This document shows positions 38,777 through 51,725 of a stretch of 64,000 nucleotides of DNA, one piece after another. A program made the position numbers and the translations under genes. How positions within the stretch are numbered: position 1 is the stretch's first letter; each line of letters begins with the position of its first letter. Origin of the DNA: Adineta vaga (Eukaryota > Animalia > Rotifera); the NCBI GenBank assembly GCA_021613535.1, contig CP075492.1, forward strand, positions 14,136,001-14,200,000, read 5' to 3'. The notes under the pieces were generated by a model, which saw nothing but the letters and a program-made list of their open reading frames with translations, was not told the origin of the DNA and made no database searches.

Positions 38777-39445
38777 AAGTGACGAATAATCGAGTATAGA
38801 ATATAAATAATATTGGAATTGATTTCATTGGTAGGTTCTGGACCGTTTCTTTAGTTTAAACTTAACTATCTTTTTTTTTATTCGCTGGAGAAAGTTGAGC
38901 CGGTGGTTTAGGAACTCGACCTGGCTGATGTGGTAATAATACTGTTTGGAATATTCATTCAGTTTATGACTCTAGTCCAGCTGGCATCTACATTGATGGG
39001 GCTTCCCGATATGACTTTAGAAGGCAATGAAGTTCGTCATTGAGATACGGGAATAGAATTAGGTGCAGAGAATAAAGGACAAAAAGCAATCCAACTGACT
39101 CTCAGATATAATTATGTTCATCGTAATGATAAATTTGGATTGGCTTTTGAAGGATATGATTCTAAGTAAATGAATAGATTTTTGTATGATAATGAAAATG
39201 ATAATTTGATTTCGTAGACTCAGCCAAGTCATCAATCGTTTATTTGCCGATAATCGTCTTGAAGAAAACGATGGTAATCATGCAATTGGTTTAAAAAATA
39301 CATTTGATTATCAAGTGTATTATTCAAATGGACAAGGTGCAACACAAGCAGATCTTATATTCTCATGGGGAAACACTGAATATAATGGATTGAGTGCTTT
39401 TCAAAAGAAAACTAAACAAGAATCGCAAGCTCAAATTATTTCTGG
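38777..39445 (+). pseudogene. 5'-truncated degenerate duplicate of the beta-helix gene
   Basis: Starts with gtgacgaataatcgagtata, matching 37377 onward. It keeps intron positions and contains stops and indels. Confidence 0.88.
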
Positions 39446-39521
39446 TTAGAAGATATTTTTCGACAACAGAAATGACACATTTTAAACTCTTTTATAGTTC
39501 TCGAAATTTTTCCAAAAGTAT

Positions 39522-41372
39522 TTATCCATCAAATACATAGCTAAATCGACCATCCGGAGCAGTGTCTCCATTCTGAATAAGACTGAGAATATCACCATCG
39601 CGTATCATATTGTCTATCCATTTGAAATTAAACTTAACGGGAGTAGTACTATTGAATCCGAGCAATGTTCGCGGAACCGCGAATTGTAATTCATTACCGA
39701 TCGTAACAAAAGGAATTTGTGAAACAAATTGCCAAATCCAACCAGATTGACTTCTTTCAATAGAAGTGAGAGAACCATTGAGATGTCGATTAATAACAAT
39801 ATCGAATCCTTCCCATCCTGTTGTAAAATTTTGATCAATATCAATGAATAGCAGCATCCAATTGGAGCTATTGCTCGGATTTGTTAATGATCGATTAGTT
39901 CGAGCATAGAAATAAACGTTATTGATGTCTCTCGCCACTTTTGCAAGTACAATATCGTTTCGACCTGTATCATCTGTGTATCGAATATTAGTATTATAAC
40001 CGATCTCGTCACGATGTTCTATATCATTGATATGATCCATAAATGAAGGTCCAACATTGTCCCATTGTTTAAAATCTGATCCAATGGTAATGGTAACGGG
40101 TGCAGTAGGCGTTGGGACCATTCGAGTACCTTTGTAATGACGAATATTAGTTACCAATTGATAGTAATATGCATCCTGGTAATAATTTCCTTAGAAAATA
40201 GCATGCATCGTGTATAAAACAAATATAAATTAACTGTTTCAACTCATACCTTCTGGAAATCCTCCACTGATTCCACCAGCACAAGGTTCAATATCACGAC
40301 TATGTTCCCAATCAAATTCATCTACAAACATGACTGGAAGTTTGATACTAGCAAATTCAGATAGACGTAAAGCAATCCATTCATTCCAACCAGTGACGAA
40401 AACGAATTCGGGATCAACTTGTAAAGCACGTTCCCATTGTTCTTGTATATTGAGTCCATACGGTGTTGATGTTTTTCCAGATGGAATCGTATTATTATGA
40501 AAACTACGTCCTCGAGCACCGACTTCACTCATTGATCCAATACGATTACCAACTGCATTTTGTCCTACACCAACAGTCATTTGTTCAGCTACGTTCGCAC
40601 TATTTTTAAATATATGTTGCGGATATACTTCTAACCAACCCCATTGGTTTACGTCAGTTGGACCAATGAAATAACTAGGTTGAGGAGTTCTAAATGTAAA
40701 AAAATTCAAGATATCTGGACGTGATGGAAAAAATTGTGGATTAGTGAGAATCAATGGTTTTCCTTCCCACATAAACCATAGTTCTGGATGATAATTGATT
40801 TTATAGATGTTATCGAAAAGAGTTTGTACTGTTTGAAAAGGTGCTCCAAAAGGTGTAAGAAATGCGACTTGAGGCGTCGATCCACCTAATGCACGAACAT
40901 CGGAAAATGCTTGACATAAAGCTTGAAAAGATTCTAGATAAACACGATCATTTGTTACATCGAAGAAAATAACATCTACACCAGCATTAGAAAGCATTCT
41001 AGCATGTCGTCGAATAACCCATTGATCTGTTGAACGATAATAACCAAAATAAGCTTCACCCCAATGATGATAATGATTCATTGGTCCCCACGCTGAATTA
41101 TTTGGCTCTAACATTGCATTCGGATTAGCCGTTAGAATTTTGCTTATATCAAACGGTCCATCGGTTGTTTCAAATCCAAGCCAAAGAAAATAAAACACAC
41201 CAACAAATCGATCTGTTCGTGGTGATCGCACTGTTTTAGGTAAAGAACGACCAAGACCATCTGTTGCCGTCCATGTATCACTCATCAAATCCAATGAAGA
41301 AACAATTCCATTCCATGTTAATAAGAGACAGAGAAGTGAAGAAAATAAGGATAGATTGACATGTAACATCAT
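39522..41372 (-). CDS. Secreted glycoside hydrolase, GH99/GH71-like TIM barrel plus C-terminal beta domain, bacterial-like, one intron
   Basis: Signal peptide, DTWTATDGLGRSLP, HHWGEAYFGYY, HARMLSNAGVDVIFFDVTN, GWNEW and SRDIEP. Intron at about 40180-40248. Confidence 0.8.
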
Positions 41373-41689
41373 ACTATTTGTAATATAATCAACGCAGAAA
41401 AACAGTAAAATAATTGTCACTCTATTCTCTCACAAATAGAAAGATGAAATCATTGTTTCTTATCTTATAGTTGCAGAAGACCAACAATTTTATCTTTTCA
41501 ACAGAATATTTTACCTGTATAGTTTTTGTATACATTTGAAGATACCATCCATCCTACATAATTCATGACATTCGTCTTCTATACTATTTTTATTCAAGTC
41601 TTTCTATTCCTAGATGTAACTGACTAGTTATCTAATTAATATAGATTAGAACTGATCATGTCTATATCAGGTACAATTACTCGTTATCA

Positions 41690-42542
41690 AATGGTTTGTC
41701 CATCGTCCGAATATTTATGCTTATCAAACAACCTTCCACAGACGATCATTGTACTATGCTATCGATTACATAATTATCAATCAAATCTTACCAAAGAAGC
41801 TCTTCTTTTAAGATACAACAAGCTACAGTAGTAATGACTATCTCACACCTTATCATCATGGATCATATTTAAACCCGGAAAAACAAGCATTCGGATGGAG
41901 TGCAAAGCAAATAGGCAATACATGAACTCAACATGTGATTTCTAACTCTCATATCAACATTATCAATGCAAACATTATATTACGTAAACCTCATTCATTC
42001 TTTGCTGTTGGCTATTCGATTGAAACAGATACAGCACGATTTCGTACAATCAATCATATTCCTGTACTGTAATGTCACCTATGGATCGTAGTTATTCACA
42101 TATCGAACGTCGAACAATAAAACCAGATAGACGTACGACGGATCTAAATTGTAGTCAATTTGTGATTTGGGATAGTTTGACAGTTGATAAACGAATAATT
42201 ACTGGTCGTAATATGGATGGTGAATGTGATATTCGTCGTGTAACTGTATCGACAACTTTACTATTTGCTATAAACAGTTCAGATGTGTCAAAACAGTATC
42301 GTTATATTAATTTAATATGGCGTGGAATGGTAGGAGCATTACCTGGAGTCAATGAAACGGGTTTCTATTGTATAGAAAATGCTGGATCTTCTCAAATTGG
42401 ATGTCAGATTAAAGGTTTAACACCAGTTTCCTATGTAGCAACTCATGCACTAAGAACGCTCAATGCTCGTACAGCTACAAAAAACTATGTCAAACTTGCA
42501 TTTGAAGCATTCATACTCGATTCTACACTCAAGAAGCGATGA
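41690..42542 (+). pseudogene. Ntn-hydrolase (peptidase C45/acid-ceramidase-like) remnant
   Basis: Motif NCSQF...GRNMDGE...GVNETG. Upstream and downstream frames are disrupted. Confidence 0.6.
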
Positions 42543-42849
42543 CTGATTCGAAAGGTCTTATTTGTGGTTCTGGAGGGTGTGGGACTATTTCAACAATTTG
42601 AATGTTCTCTTACTTGTCAACAATGTGGTCATTCACTACAAATAAAACATTTAAAACTGAGAAACTTCATTCCAAATAAAGTTGACTATTTTAATTCAGA
42701 AAATTTTCGAAGATCTGTTTTAGTTTTTATTATTATCAAACTCAAGAAGTAATCCTTTTTCATTTGAAAAACAATTGATAGAGAATTGTTTAAATGAATT
42801 TCATAAGGGCAATCACACACGTTAATTAACAATAAGATGACGAAAAAAA

Positions 42850-43826
42850 TTATCCACTTTGTGTCGTATTTGTTTGCCAAACAATTGACTTAGTTTTATC
42901 AGTCCATATTAGATTTCCTGAATCTAATATTTCGAAACAGAAAGGAGTTCCACTACCATTATTATAAATCGCAGCTGTCCATAGTACTTGCATAGTACCC
43001 AATGCATAAACAACTAAATTACGATCATACTGTAATGCAAGAAAACATGAAATTGATGTTGATATTTGATTTGCAGTCCAGAGTGTTGTTGAAGTAACAT
43101 TTCCATAGCTGTAAGCACTATAAACACCGAATTGATTATTTAACATACCGACTGCATAAGTTTGTGAAGTTGGTGAATAGATAAATTCATCATTATAAAA
43201 GTATATACTGTTATTATATACGCAAACGGACGACGGAGGAGCTACAACATAGAAAAAAACGAAAAATGATCAGTAGTCATTTACATAATTCATCTACATT
43301 TCTCAAACCTGTCGTAGTTGTTGCAGTTGTTGTGCTTGTAGCTAGAAAACAAATGAGAAAGAATTTCTACTTTAATATACTCAATCATCCTTCTTTTACT
43401 TGCAGTAGTACTTTTCGTTGTCGTGCTAGTGAAATTTATAGTAGTAGAAGTCATTACTATAAAGAAAAAAGGACACATGTATTATTTTCTTCGGAGTAGC
43501 TTACAGTTGATTGATGCCGTAGTTGAATCTGTTCCTGTTGACAAGAAATTAGAAAATATACATTCATTAATTTTATCTGATTCTCTGAATTAAACTTTTT
43601 GCTTACCTGATCTTTGCCATAAAACAACAACAACAGCCAAAACATTTCCTGCTACTAATAAACCCAAAACTAATCCAATTACAAACATTGTTTTTGCTGA
43701 AGTAGTTGATTGTTTCGTTGTTGATTGTATTGTAGTAGAATCATGATCAACACTATCTACTTCAGACAACCCATGAGTACTAGCATCCAAGGTTTGTAAT
43801 TCATAGCCATTTTCTAACGTATTCAT
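42850..43826 (-). CDS. Type II membrane bulb-type (B-) lectin with a Thr-rich stalk encoded by micro-exons
   Basis: TM segment FVIGLVLGLLVAGNVLAVVVVLW, short Thr-rich exons, and last exon LALQYDRNLVVY...LDSGNLIW..WQT carrying the QxDxNxVxY motif. Confidence 0.8.
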
Positions 43827-44470
43827 ACTTCTTATTTTGCGATTTTTTACTAACTATGATGTACTTTTCTGCTCATTATCATTTTCAATTACTTATGTTT
43901 CATCAGATTATGGACAAAAATAATTAAAAAAGAGGCCATAGTATAATGCAGTCTATTGAAGAAAAGAAAAGTAATGATTGTTTAAATATATCCACATGAT
44001 GTAAGTACCCGCATGCACAGAGAAATAAAAGGTTATACGTATTTATTCCAACATGTCGATGAAGGTGAAGATGTGGAAACATATTTTTTTCATGAATGTC
44101 AAGATTCTCTTTTTTAGATTGAGAACTATAATAAAAGACACGTAACTTCCATCAACGAAACAATCGTTTTAAATTCAGATCCTACATTTTTATCAGATAA
44201 CTTCTAATTTGATGTGCTTTTCGATGATCCATCATTTTCATGACTATGAAGTGTTTTCACCATTGTTTTTTATCCTTACTCTATCAGTAAACTACGATGT
44301 TTACAATAATTCGATTGAAATAGATATATCCCACCGAAAAATCATGTTCATACAACGCTGATGTTTATTTCAACGGCTTTTCATTTGAAAAGAAAATCAT
44401 TTGAATATCAATGATGTATAGAATTATTTTACAATTCCTTTTCTGTTATAAAAAAAACAAAGTTTTCATT

Positions 44471-46006
44471 CTAATAGTTTTCTGCACGTTTTTTACTGTT
44501 GTTTAACCATTGTTGAAGATCATCTAAATTTCTTGGTTCAAAACGACATTTAAACATTTTCGGTTGAACAACGAGTGCTGTAGGTCGTGTATTGACTTCC
44601 ATACCATCTAAAATTGCTGCGTATTCTTTATTCAATGGTTCAAGAATTCGAAAACCAACGATAAGACGAATAAAAAATGTAAATAATTCTCGATTTGCTA
44701 AATGAGCACCAATACACATTCTTGTTCCAGCACCATAAGCATAGTGAGGTGTGCCATCAGCATCACCAAGATAACGATCTGGATTAAAAGTATATGGATC
44801 TTCAAAATGATTTTCATCATAATCACCAGCAAATGCATTCATATAAAATGAAGTACCAGCAGGAATTCGTGCACCTTCATATTCAATCTCTTGAATACTG
44901 CGACGAGGAAGACTCATATGATGAACAGTATAAAAACGAAGAATTTCTTTATATAAAGCAGTTACATATGGAACACGTTCCTCGTCTATACATCGATCCC
45001 ATGCATCACCATCGGGATAAACATCGAGAATTTCTCTATAGGCACGTTCTTGAATATCTTGACCATGTGGTGAAGAAAGATAACCAATACCAAGAATAAT
45101 ATTTGTTGGAACTGTTTCAAGAGCAGCACTAATCATTGTCAAGCAAATACTTCGAATTTCTGTTTCATTCAATTTTGCAGATGGATCTTTGAGAATATTA
45201 CCGGTAATACATGGTTTATCTACTCCATTAGCAATATCTTTTTTTAAACCCTCTAATAATTGTCCGAGATAACGATCACGACGAAGACGAATCGTCGCAG
45301 CTTCATTCGATCGGGCTGGAAATAAACGTAGAAGAGGAACATAATCTTGCCAATTATTTGATGCTGATCGCAGTTGTGCAACAGCTCCTTCGACTATCAC
45401 AATTTCTTTGAGAAGTTCATCAGATGATGAACCAATACGTGTACCATAATTCAATGTTAACGATGTATTTAAAGCAAATCGTTGAAGATGAGGAATAATA
45501 TTAATATCTGCTTGACCATTTTGACATTCATGTAGTATTTCATTAATAGCGACATAGGATTCGAGATCAATAATGGGCATATAGGATTGAACAGCTGGTT
45601 TATTCAGTGCTGTTGCTGCTGCTTTACGACGTTGTTTACATGATTCATCCCAAGGTGAAGTACCGATCGATAATACTTGACTACTTACAACATTGTGAAA
45701 TGTATGTAATGTAGGTCGACTGATTAATGCTGCTTGATTTTTAACCCAAAAATATTTGATTGAATCATAAGAATTAGCAATGACGATACGTTTGTTTCCC
45801 ATACGAATTTGAAAAACAGGACCCAGTTTTTTCGCAAGTTTTGAAAGAGATTTTGAATGATTGTCACCCAATAGAAATAGACTTCCAAATATAGGCCAAC
45901 CAGATGCTTCGGGAAGTCCATGAATCTTAGGAATTTCGGTTGTATCGAATATTTTGATGAGAAGTAAAAGAATAACGATGACACCAAATAAAACAAGAAT
46001 CATCAT
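44471..46006 (-). CDS. Cytochrome P450, fungal CYP504-like (phenylacetate hydroxylase family), intronless
   Basis: ALISRPTLHTFHNVVS, IGTSPWDESCKQRRKAAATALN, KEILR, PDRY and heme motif YGAGTRMCIG. Confidence 0.88.
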   Translation of the reverse strand: MMILVLFGVIVILLLLIKIFDTTEIPKIHGLPEASGWPIFGSLFLLGDNHSKSLSKLAKKLGPVFQIRMGNKRIVIANSYDSIKYFWVKNQAALISRPTLHTFHNVVSSQVLSIGTSPWDESCKQRRKAAATALNKPAVQSYMPIIDLESYVAINEILHECQNGQADINIIPHLQRFALNTSLTLNYGTRIGSSSDELLKEIVIVEGAVAQLRSASNNWQDYVPLLRLFPARSNEAATIRLRRDRYLGQLLEGLKKDIANGVDKPCITGNILKDPSAKLNETEIRSICLTMISAALETVPTNIILGIGYLSSPHGQDIQERAYREILDVYPDGDAWDRCIDEERVPYVTALYKEILRFYTVHHMSLPRRSIQEIEYEGARIPAGTSFYMNAFAGDYDENHFEDPYTFNPDRYLGDADGTPHYAYGAGTRMCIGAHLANRELFTFFIRLIVGFRILEPLNKEYAAILDGMEVNTRPTALVVQPKMFKCRFEPRNLDDLQQWLNNSKKRAENY

Positions 46007-46499
46007 GTAATAAAAAAAAGAAGAAGAAACGTAATAGTGATGCAGTTGCAATCGTGTTGAATATATATGAGATTTATTTTTTCATTCTATACTCTTTATA
46101 ATACTGATAACACATTTTATCTCTTCATCTTTTTCACACAATGTGTTTCGTTACTTTGTCATATAGACGTTATAATAGGCGTATCTGATTTTTTGTACGC
46201 TGATCTGTTATATCTAATTGTGTGCAAGTGATATTATCGATTGCGTAATTGATAAAAAGGAAGCTAAAACAAACAGTAAGAGAATTCTGATTACATTAAT
46301 ATGCCAATCAAATAGTTGATGTAATCACTTTTTGGTCCGCGAAACAAGAAACAAGCCATATTGTACGATAATAGTTAGCATAAACTAATAAAAAAAATAT
46401 TTTCTGTAAATAATAAATCATTTCGAAAATCTTATGATATATTAATTCACATATGATGAAGTTTTATTTTCTTAGCAGTAGTTCTCAATTGGTACTTAT

Positions 46500-47328
46500 T
46501 GTTTCAGAAAATACGTCAAGTTCATGATAGAGATTGTCGCTTATTTCATTTACTTCCAATCTAGATTTCAAACATATCAAACTGGAGAAAAATGAGAAAA
46601 TCGTTCGCTATTACAAAAAAGAATGGTATTGAAATGAATGGATAAGAAATATCTTACAATGTTGTCAACCTACGACGATGATGATGATGTGACGATTATT
46701 CATAAAAGAAACAAACAAACTGAAACAATATCACTATGGGAGGCATTGATCTGGCCGACCAACAGATAACACCTTACAGTGTTCCTCGAAAACGGTTGAA
46801 AAAATATTACAAAAAATATTTATGATTTTATCAGATTTAGCTATACTGAACTCTTATAATTTATGTAAAATACAGACTCTTCAAACAAATCATACTGTGA
46901 TGACACAACTTCAACCTACACTAATCCATTTGATTGGATGTCATTTTCCGTCTACAATTCTCCCTAACTCAAATACAAAACGTTCAAGAAGACGATGTTT
47001 TGTTTGCAGTCATACAAAATCCCAAAGCAATCGAAGACGACGTGAAACAACATACATGAATCTTCAATTTTTAGTGTTCAGCTTTGTATTGATCTATGTT
47101 TTCGCATTTATCATACTGTACTGAATTTTTAAACAAAACATTCTATTTTGAAAAAATTTACTGAAAGAAATATTTTGCTATTTCTTGTTCAAAAGTAACA
47201 TCTGTCTCATACACATATATATATATATCAACAAAAGGTTCATTACTCTTAAAGACCCATAAATTTGTAAAATTTTAGGAAAAAAGAATTTTTAGTTAGT
47301 GAAAAAACTTAACAGTCAAGATGGTTAA
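46500..47328 (+). mobile_element. piggyBac transposon 3' remnant
   Basis: GGIDLADQQ (third catalytic Asp region), RLKKYYKK and Cys-rich RRCFVC...RRETTYM. A probable terminus reads ...cagtcaagatggTTAA at 47325-47328. Confidence 0.75.
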
Positions 47329-47781
47329 AGACTTATCACCAGTTCCATTTTTTTCCCGTGAAATATCATGTCAAAAACGCGTTAACTATAGTGCCACCAA
47401 TATAGTGGAACTGGCTTTTATCAGAAAAAAGTATAGTTTGAATAAAGAATTATTTTATGATATTTCTGTGATATTTTTTTCAGTCTTTCGTAGTAAATTT
47501 CAGATGTCGCCACGCGTTTTCAGTTGTTAGTGATTGGCATTTCTATTTTACTGTTTTTCATCAGATTAACGTACTAATGAGATATTTCTACTATGTTTTC
47601 TGTAATCGAATCTATTGGACAAGCTATCCGTCCAATTATTTTTTTTGTTTTCTTGTCGCTCACATTCTATATACATGCCATGTGCCAAACGTAAGAACGC
47701 CATTTTCTCTTCACACACGATTACGATCGTACACATAAGCAGTTTACATAACATATTTACTAACTATACCATTATAAGACA

Positions 47782-48780
47782 ATGTTAACACGTTGGTATC
47801 ATCTACCGAGCGGATTGAGTTTCTATGTACCATTTCAAGTATTCTATCGTTTATTTTGTATGATCTGTGCATTGATTTATTTCTTATTATTCTGTTTACG
47901 AGAACCAATTAGTTCATGTTTTCGAACACGTTATGCTAAAAATGCTTTGCCAACACTGATCACTATTCGATTCTCTCATTATTGTGAAAAAGCAAGATGG
48001 GCTCTTGATCTACTACAGCATGCATCAACTCGACATGAAGATGAAAAACAGAAATGTTCGCACAATTATGTCGAATGTGCTCGTTCGATTCTTACACACA
48101 TGGTGACATCACTATGGCATACTAGTGGGTTTTCATCCAGTACACCAATATATATTACGCAAGATAAACGCGTACTGAAAGAATCATCATTAATCATGCA
48201 TTATGTAAGTGATGAACTGTGTAAGTTAGGTGAGCCAACACTTTATCCTACATCTGAAGTAGAAGAACTTGTCAATTATTTTGATGAAACACTTGGTGTA
48301 CATGTACGCCGTTATGCATATTGGATGATGTTTTCTTCGGATGATATGACAATAGAGCTATATCAGTGTTGGCTACGTGGCACAAGAAAGATTGAACGAT
48401 GGATTCAACGTCATTTCTCAGGTTCTATTCAAGCATTAGCAACTGTTGGAATGCAAGTTCACGAACAACCTAGTCTCATTTCTAAACAACAAATTGATGA
48501 AGTTTTCGCAAAAGTAAATCGGATGTTAGAAAAACATGATGGGTTGTATTTACTGAATACTAACTATCCAACAGCTGCAGATATTACCTTCGCAGCACTA
48601 GCCTATCCAGTAATCTTTCCACCGCAATGTGATGACTTAATTTTCGAGTATGATATAAATCGAATGAGTCGAAATTTATATTATCAAGTTTCTATGTATC
48701 GTGGTCAACGCGCAGGAAAATTCGTGCTACGAATGTATGAACAGGACAGAATTATTCATCGAATTCAACCGATGTCTTAG
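47782..48780 (+). CDS. Glutathione S-transferase-like protein with an N-terminal hydrophobic segment, microbial-like, intronless
   Basis: SHYCEKARWAL, STP...LKESSLI and PTAADITFAAL. Confidence 0.85.
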   Translation: MLTRWYHLPSGLSFYVPFQVFYRLFCMICALIYFLLFCLREPISSCFRTRYAKNALPTLITIRFSHYCEKARWALDLLQHASTRHEDEKQKCSHNYVECARSILTHMVTSLWHTSGFSSSTPIYITQDKRVLKESSLIMHYVSDELCKLGEPTLYPTSEVEELVNYFDETLGVHVRRYAYWMMFSSDDMTIELYQCWLRGTRKIERWIQRHFSGSIQALATVGMQVHEQPSLISKQQIDEVFAKVNRMLEKHDGLYLLNTNYPTAADITFAALAYPVIFPPQCDDLIFEYDINRMSRNLYYQVSMYRGQRAGKFVLRMYEQDRIIHRIQPMS

Positions 48781-49899
48781 AAACATCCATTCCTTTCGAT
48801 ATTATACCATATACCCAACGCTATAAAAACGAATAAAATTTCAAGATTGAGTATTTCGTGTCATCTGCACGATTATTGTCTTTTATATTGTAGTTCTTTT
48901 CTCGATCAAATGGATTTTATTGTCTATAAAATATATTCATCACAAAAGATGAGCATTGTAACGTTAGAGCAAAGTTCCTAACGACAAGTTCATGAAATAA
49001 TCACTATGGACTATTTCAGAGTTATGAGTGCAACAATTGAATCTCTGTGTGGACATGGCTTTTTTTTAAATATGTGAAGTCGTTTTTAAATTTAGAACGC
49101 ATAGTATTTTGAAAGTACGATATTTATACTTTAATTCAAAACAAAGATCGTATTTTGAATCATATGATTATATAAAATCAATAAATTTTATAATAGACTA
49201 ACATTCTTCGATGATGTTTATTCCATGGAATGTTGCTAATGATATAAAATAAGAAGACTTTTTCTCTATTCTTAAATTATCATTTTAATTAGAATATAAT
49301 GAAAGATAAAAACCATTTTTCTCTCATTAGTACTTCGGTATATAATAATGTATAGAGAAATGTTGTTCTTCATATGGTAAAATCTATTAGTGATATTATG
49401 AAAATTACACTTTAACACAAAGCACGAACTGAGTTAATAACTTGAAGTGATGTATTCACAGATCATGTCATAAAACTCATCAATTACCGCTGTGAGAGTA
49501 AGAGTTCTTTTAGAGGTAATCTATTGTTAGATGAGAGTATATATTTAGGCATTGTCAATCAATTTTTATCAAATGAGTAATTCCACTTCAAAACTAACTA
49601 GTGTTCCATCAAGTTGGCAAAAGTTGAATTTTCATTAGTTTTATTCGATCGAATCGTGTGATCCTATTATTGCTATACTATAAATTTCTAAATGTGACAA
49701 TTTATTAATCTTTGACATTATAGATTATAATCGTTTCGGGTATGTGTCACTTTTTCATCCTGTTTTGTGTAACTCATATATATTTTTTGGAGAAAAATAA
49801 GTGAGTGTAAGTGTTCAGTCGAGAAATTTGGCCCGCTCTCATCTCCCCCTGCCCTTCATTACAGATATTAGCCCTAAAGGGGCTAAGCTGAAAAGCTTT

Positions 49900-50135
49900 T
49901 TTGTCTCATTTGGCAATTTATTCATCATACAATTGGGCATGGTGATATTTTGTTGATGTTATGGGCATCATTTGAAAGATATATTTTTGTATATCACTCA
50001 CATCTAGTTCAAACTATACGTGGATATATTTTGATTCGTTATAGATCGATCTTGTATTTCTATTTAATTTTTCTTTTTCCATGTGATCGAAAATGCTCGA
50101 TTGGTTTAATCTATATAATTTCTTTGTTTTTATAA
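49900..50135 (+). pseudogene. GPCR fragment
   Basis: LMLWASFERYIFVYH is a TM3 DRY-like motif; no full ORF is present. Confidence 0.5.
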
Positions 50136-50659
50136 TGCGCTTACAATGAACAGTGATATTGCGTCAGTGTCGGAAGATGATTATTCAATTGATACTCATC
50201 TGTCAAAGAACGAATAAGTCTATTCATACGCTCGAACAGGATATTTCTGAATAAACGAATACAATTTAGAGAAAAATAATTTTTTTTTCTTTCTTTCGTA
50301 TAACTTGTTTTGTCATGTATAATCAACCACGTGATTCATTTATTTATACAATTATCGATGCGTAAAACAATACTATCGTTAACTTTTTTGTTACATGGAA
50401 AAAGGCGTAACCCAACTACTGTTATTAAATTCGATACACACTGATAAAATCTCATAGAATAACGCATTATTCATTTTCAATCAATATTTTATAATATAGA
50501 AAGTTCCAAGTAACTCGTTCTTTCTTTTCATTATACATTGTTATCAACACATATTGCACCACGTATTTGATTACGTCATTATCATTCACGTATTATATTC
50601 TTTTTGTTTTGTTTAATCGATAATCAGAAAAGAAAAAGTACAATATATCTAGTATAAAA

Positions 50660-51596
50660 ATGGCGTCCAATGAAAATATGAAAATTCAACAAAAACATGA
50701 ACTATACGAAGTTGGATCAGGATTTTGGAATATTCGTGGTTGTTATAAAATGTTTGCTCAAAAAGTCGATATTGGAACACATATGTCGATTGTTCGATTA
50801 AACGATGGAAATTTTGTTATTTTCGATACAGTCGAACTTGATGATCATCTTAAAGAACAAATTGATGAATTAACTGATAATGGACATTTAATTGAAGGAG
50901 TTATTGGTACACATTCATTTCATACTCGATCATTTCTAGACTTCTATAAAACTTATCCCCTAGCAGCATATTATGGCACACCAAGACATTTACGACAAAT
51001 ACCTGAAATTCCATGGTTAGGTAGTCTTGATGATTGTAATATAAGACAAAAATGGGAGCCAGATGTAGAAATGCGTATAACTGCAGGTGAGTTAATAAAT
51101 CTTCTAATAATACAAAAATAAAATTCATTATTTATTTATGATTCTAGGCGGTGAATTTGTCAATCCTAGACATGGATCTAGTCATCTGATGAGTGTATTT
51201 ATATATCATCGAGCATCAAAAACACTTCATGTTACTGATACAATTATGTATACGGATAAATTTAAACCCATTCTGAGATTCTTTGGAATGACTCGTGGTG
51301 TTATAATTTTTCATCCATCAATTAAAACACATGGTTTACATCCAACAGCTGATGCTCCATTGTTATTTCGAGATTGGATGCGTAATATGTTACAAGATTG
51401 GCCATTTGAAAATCTCTGTTGTGCTCATCTTGATGTGAAATTAGGTGGAGCACATCATCTCGTTACACGACTTTTAAATAAAACAGAACCAACTTTAATT
51501 AAAGTAAGCAAGAAGAATAAGAAGAAAAATCCCAATGGAGAATTACCAACAGGTAGTTTTCCTAATACAGATGTTGTTGGAGATGAATGTGGATAG
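50660..51596 (+). CDS. Metallo-beta-lactamase-fold/DUF4336-like hydrolase, bacterial-like, one intron
   Basis: DIGTHMSIVRL, THSFHT, YGTPRH, LHVTDT and LCCAH. Intron at about 51087-51147. Confidence 0.78.
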
Positions 51597-51725
51597 TCTG
51601 ATTTGTTATTATACGTTAATAAATTACTTATAAATTGACAGAGAAATAGATATCTGTCTATATAGTTATCGATGTGTAAAATTAGAATCTATTCATATAT
51701 TATAACATGAAAAAGAAAGAATGAT

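Noticed and set aside
49868-49890. Hairpin ttagccc-taaag-gggctaa as a Helitron 3' end
   Set aside because: No CTRR terminus or other support is visible.
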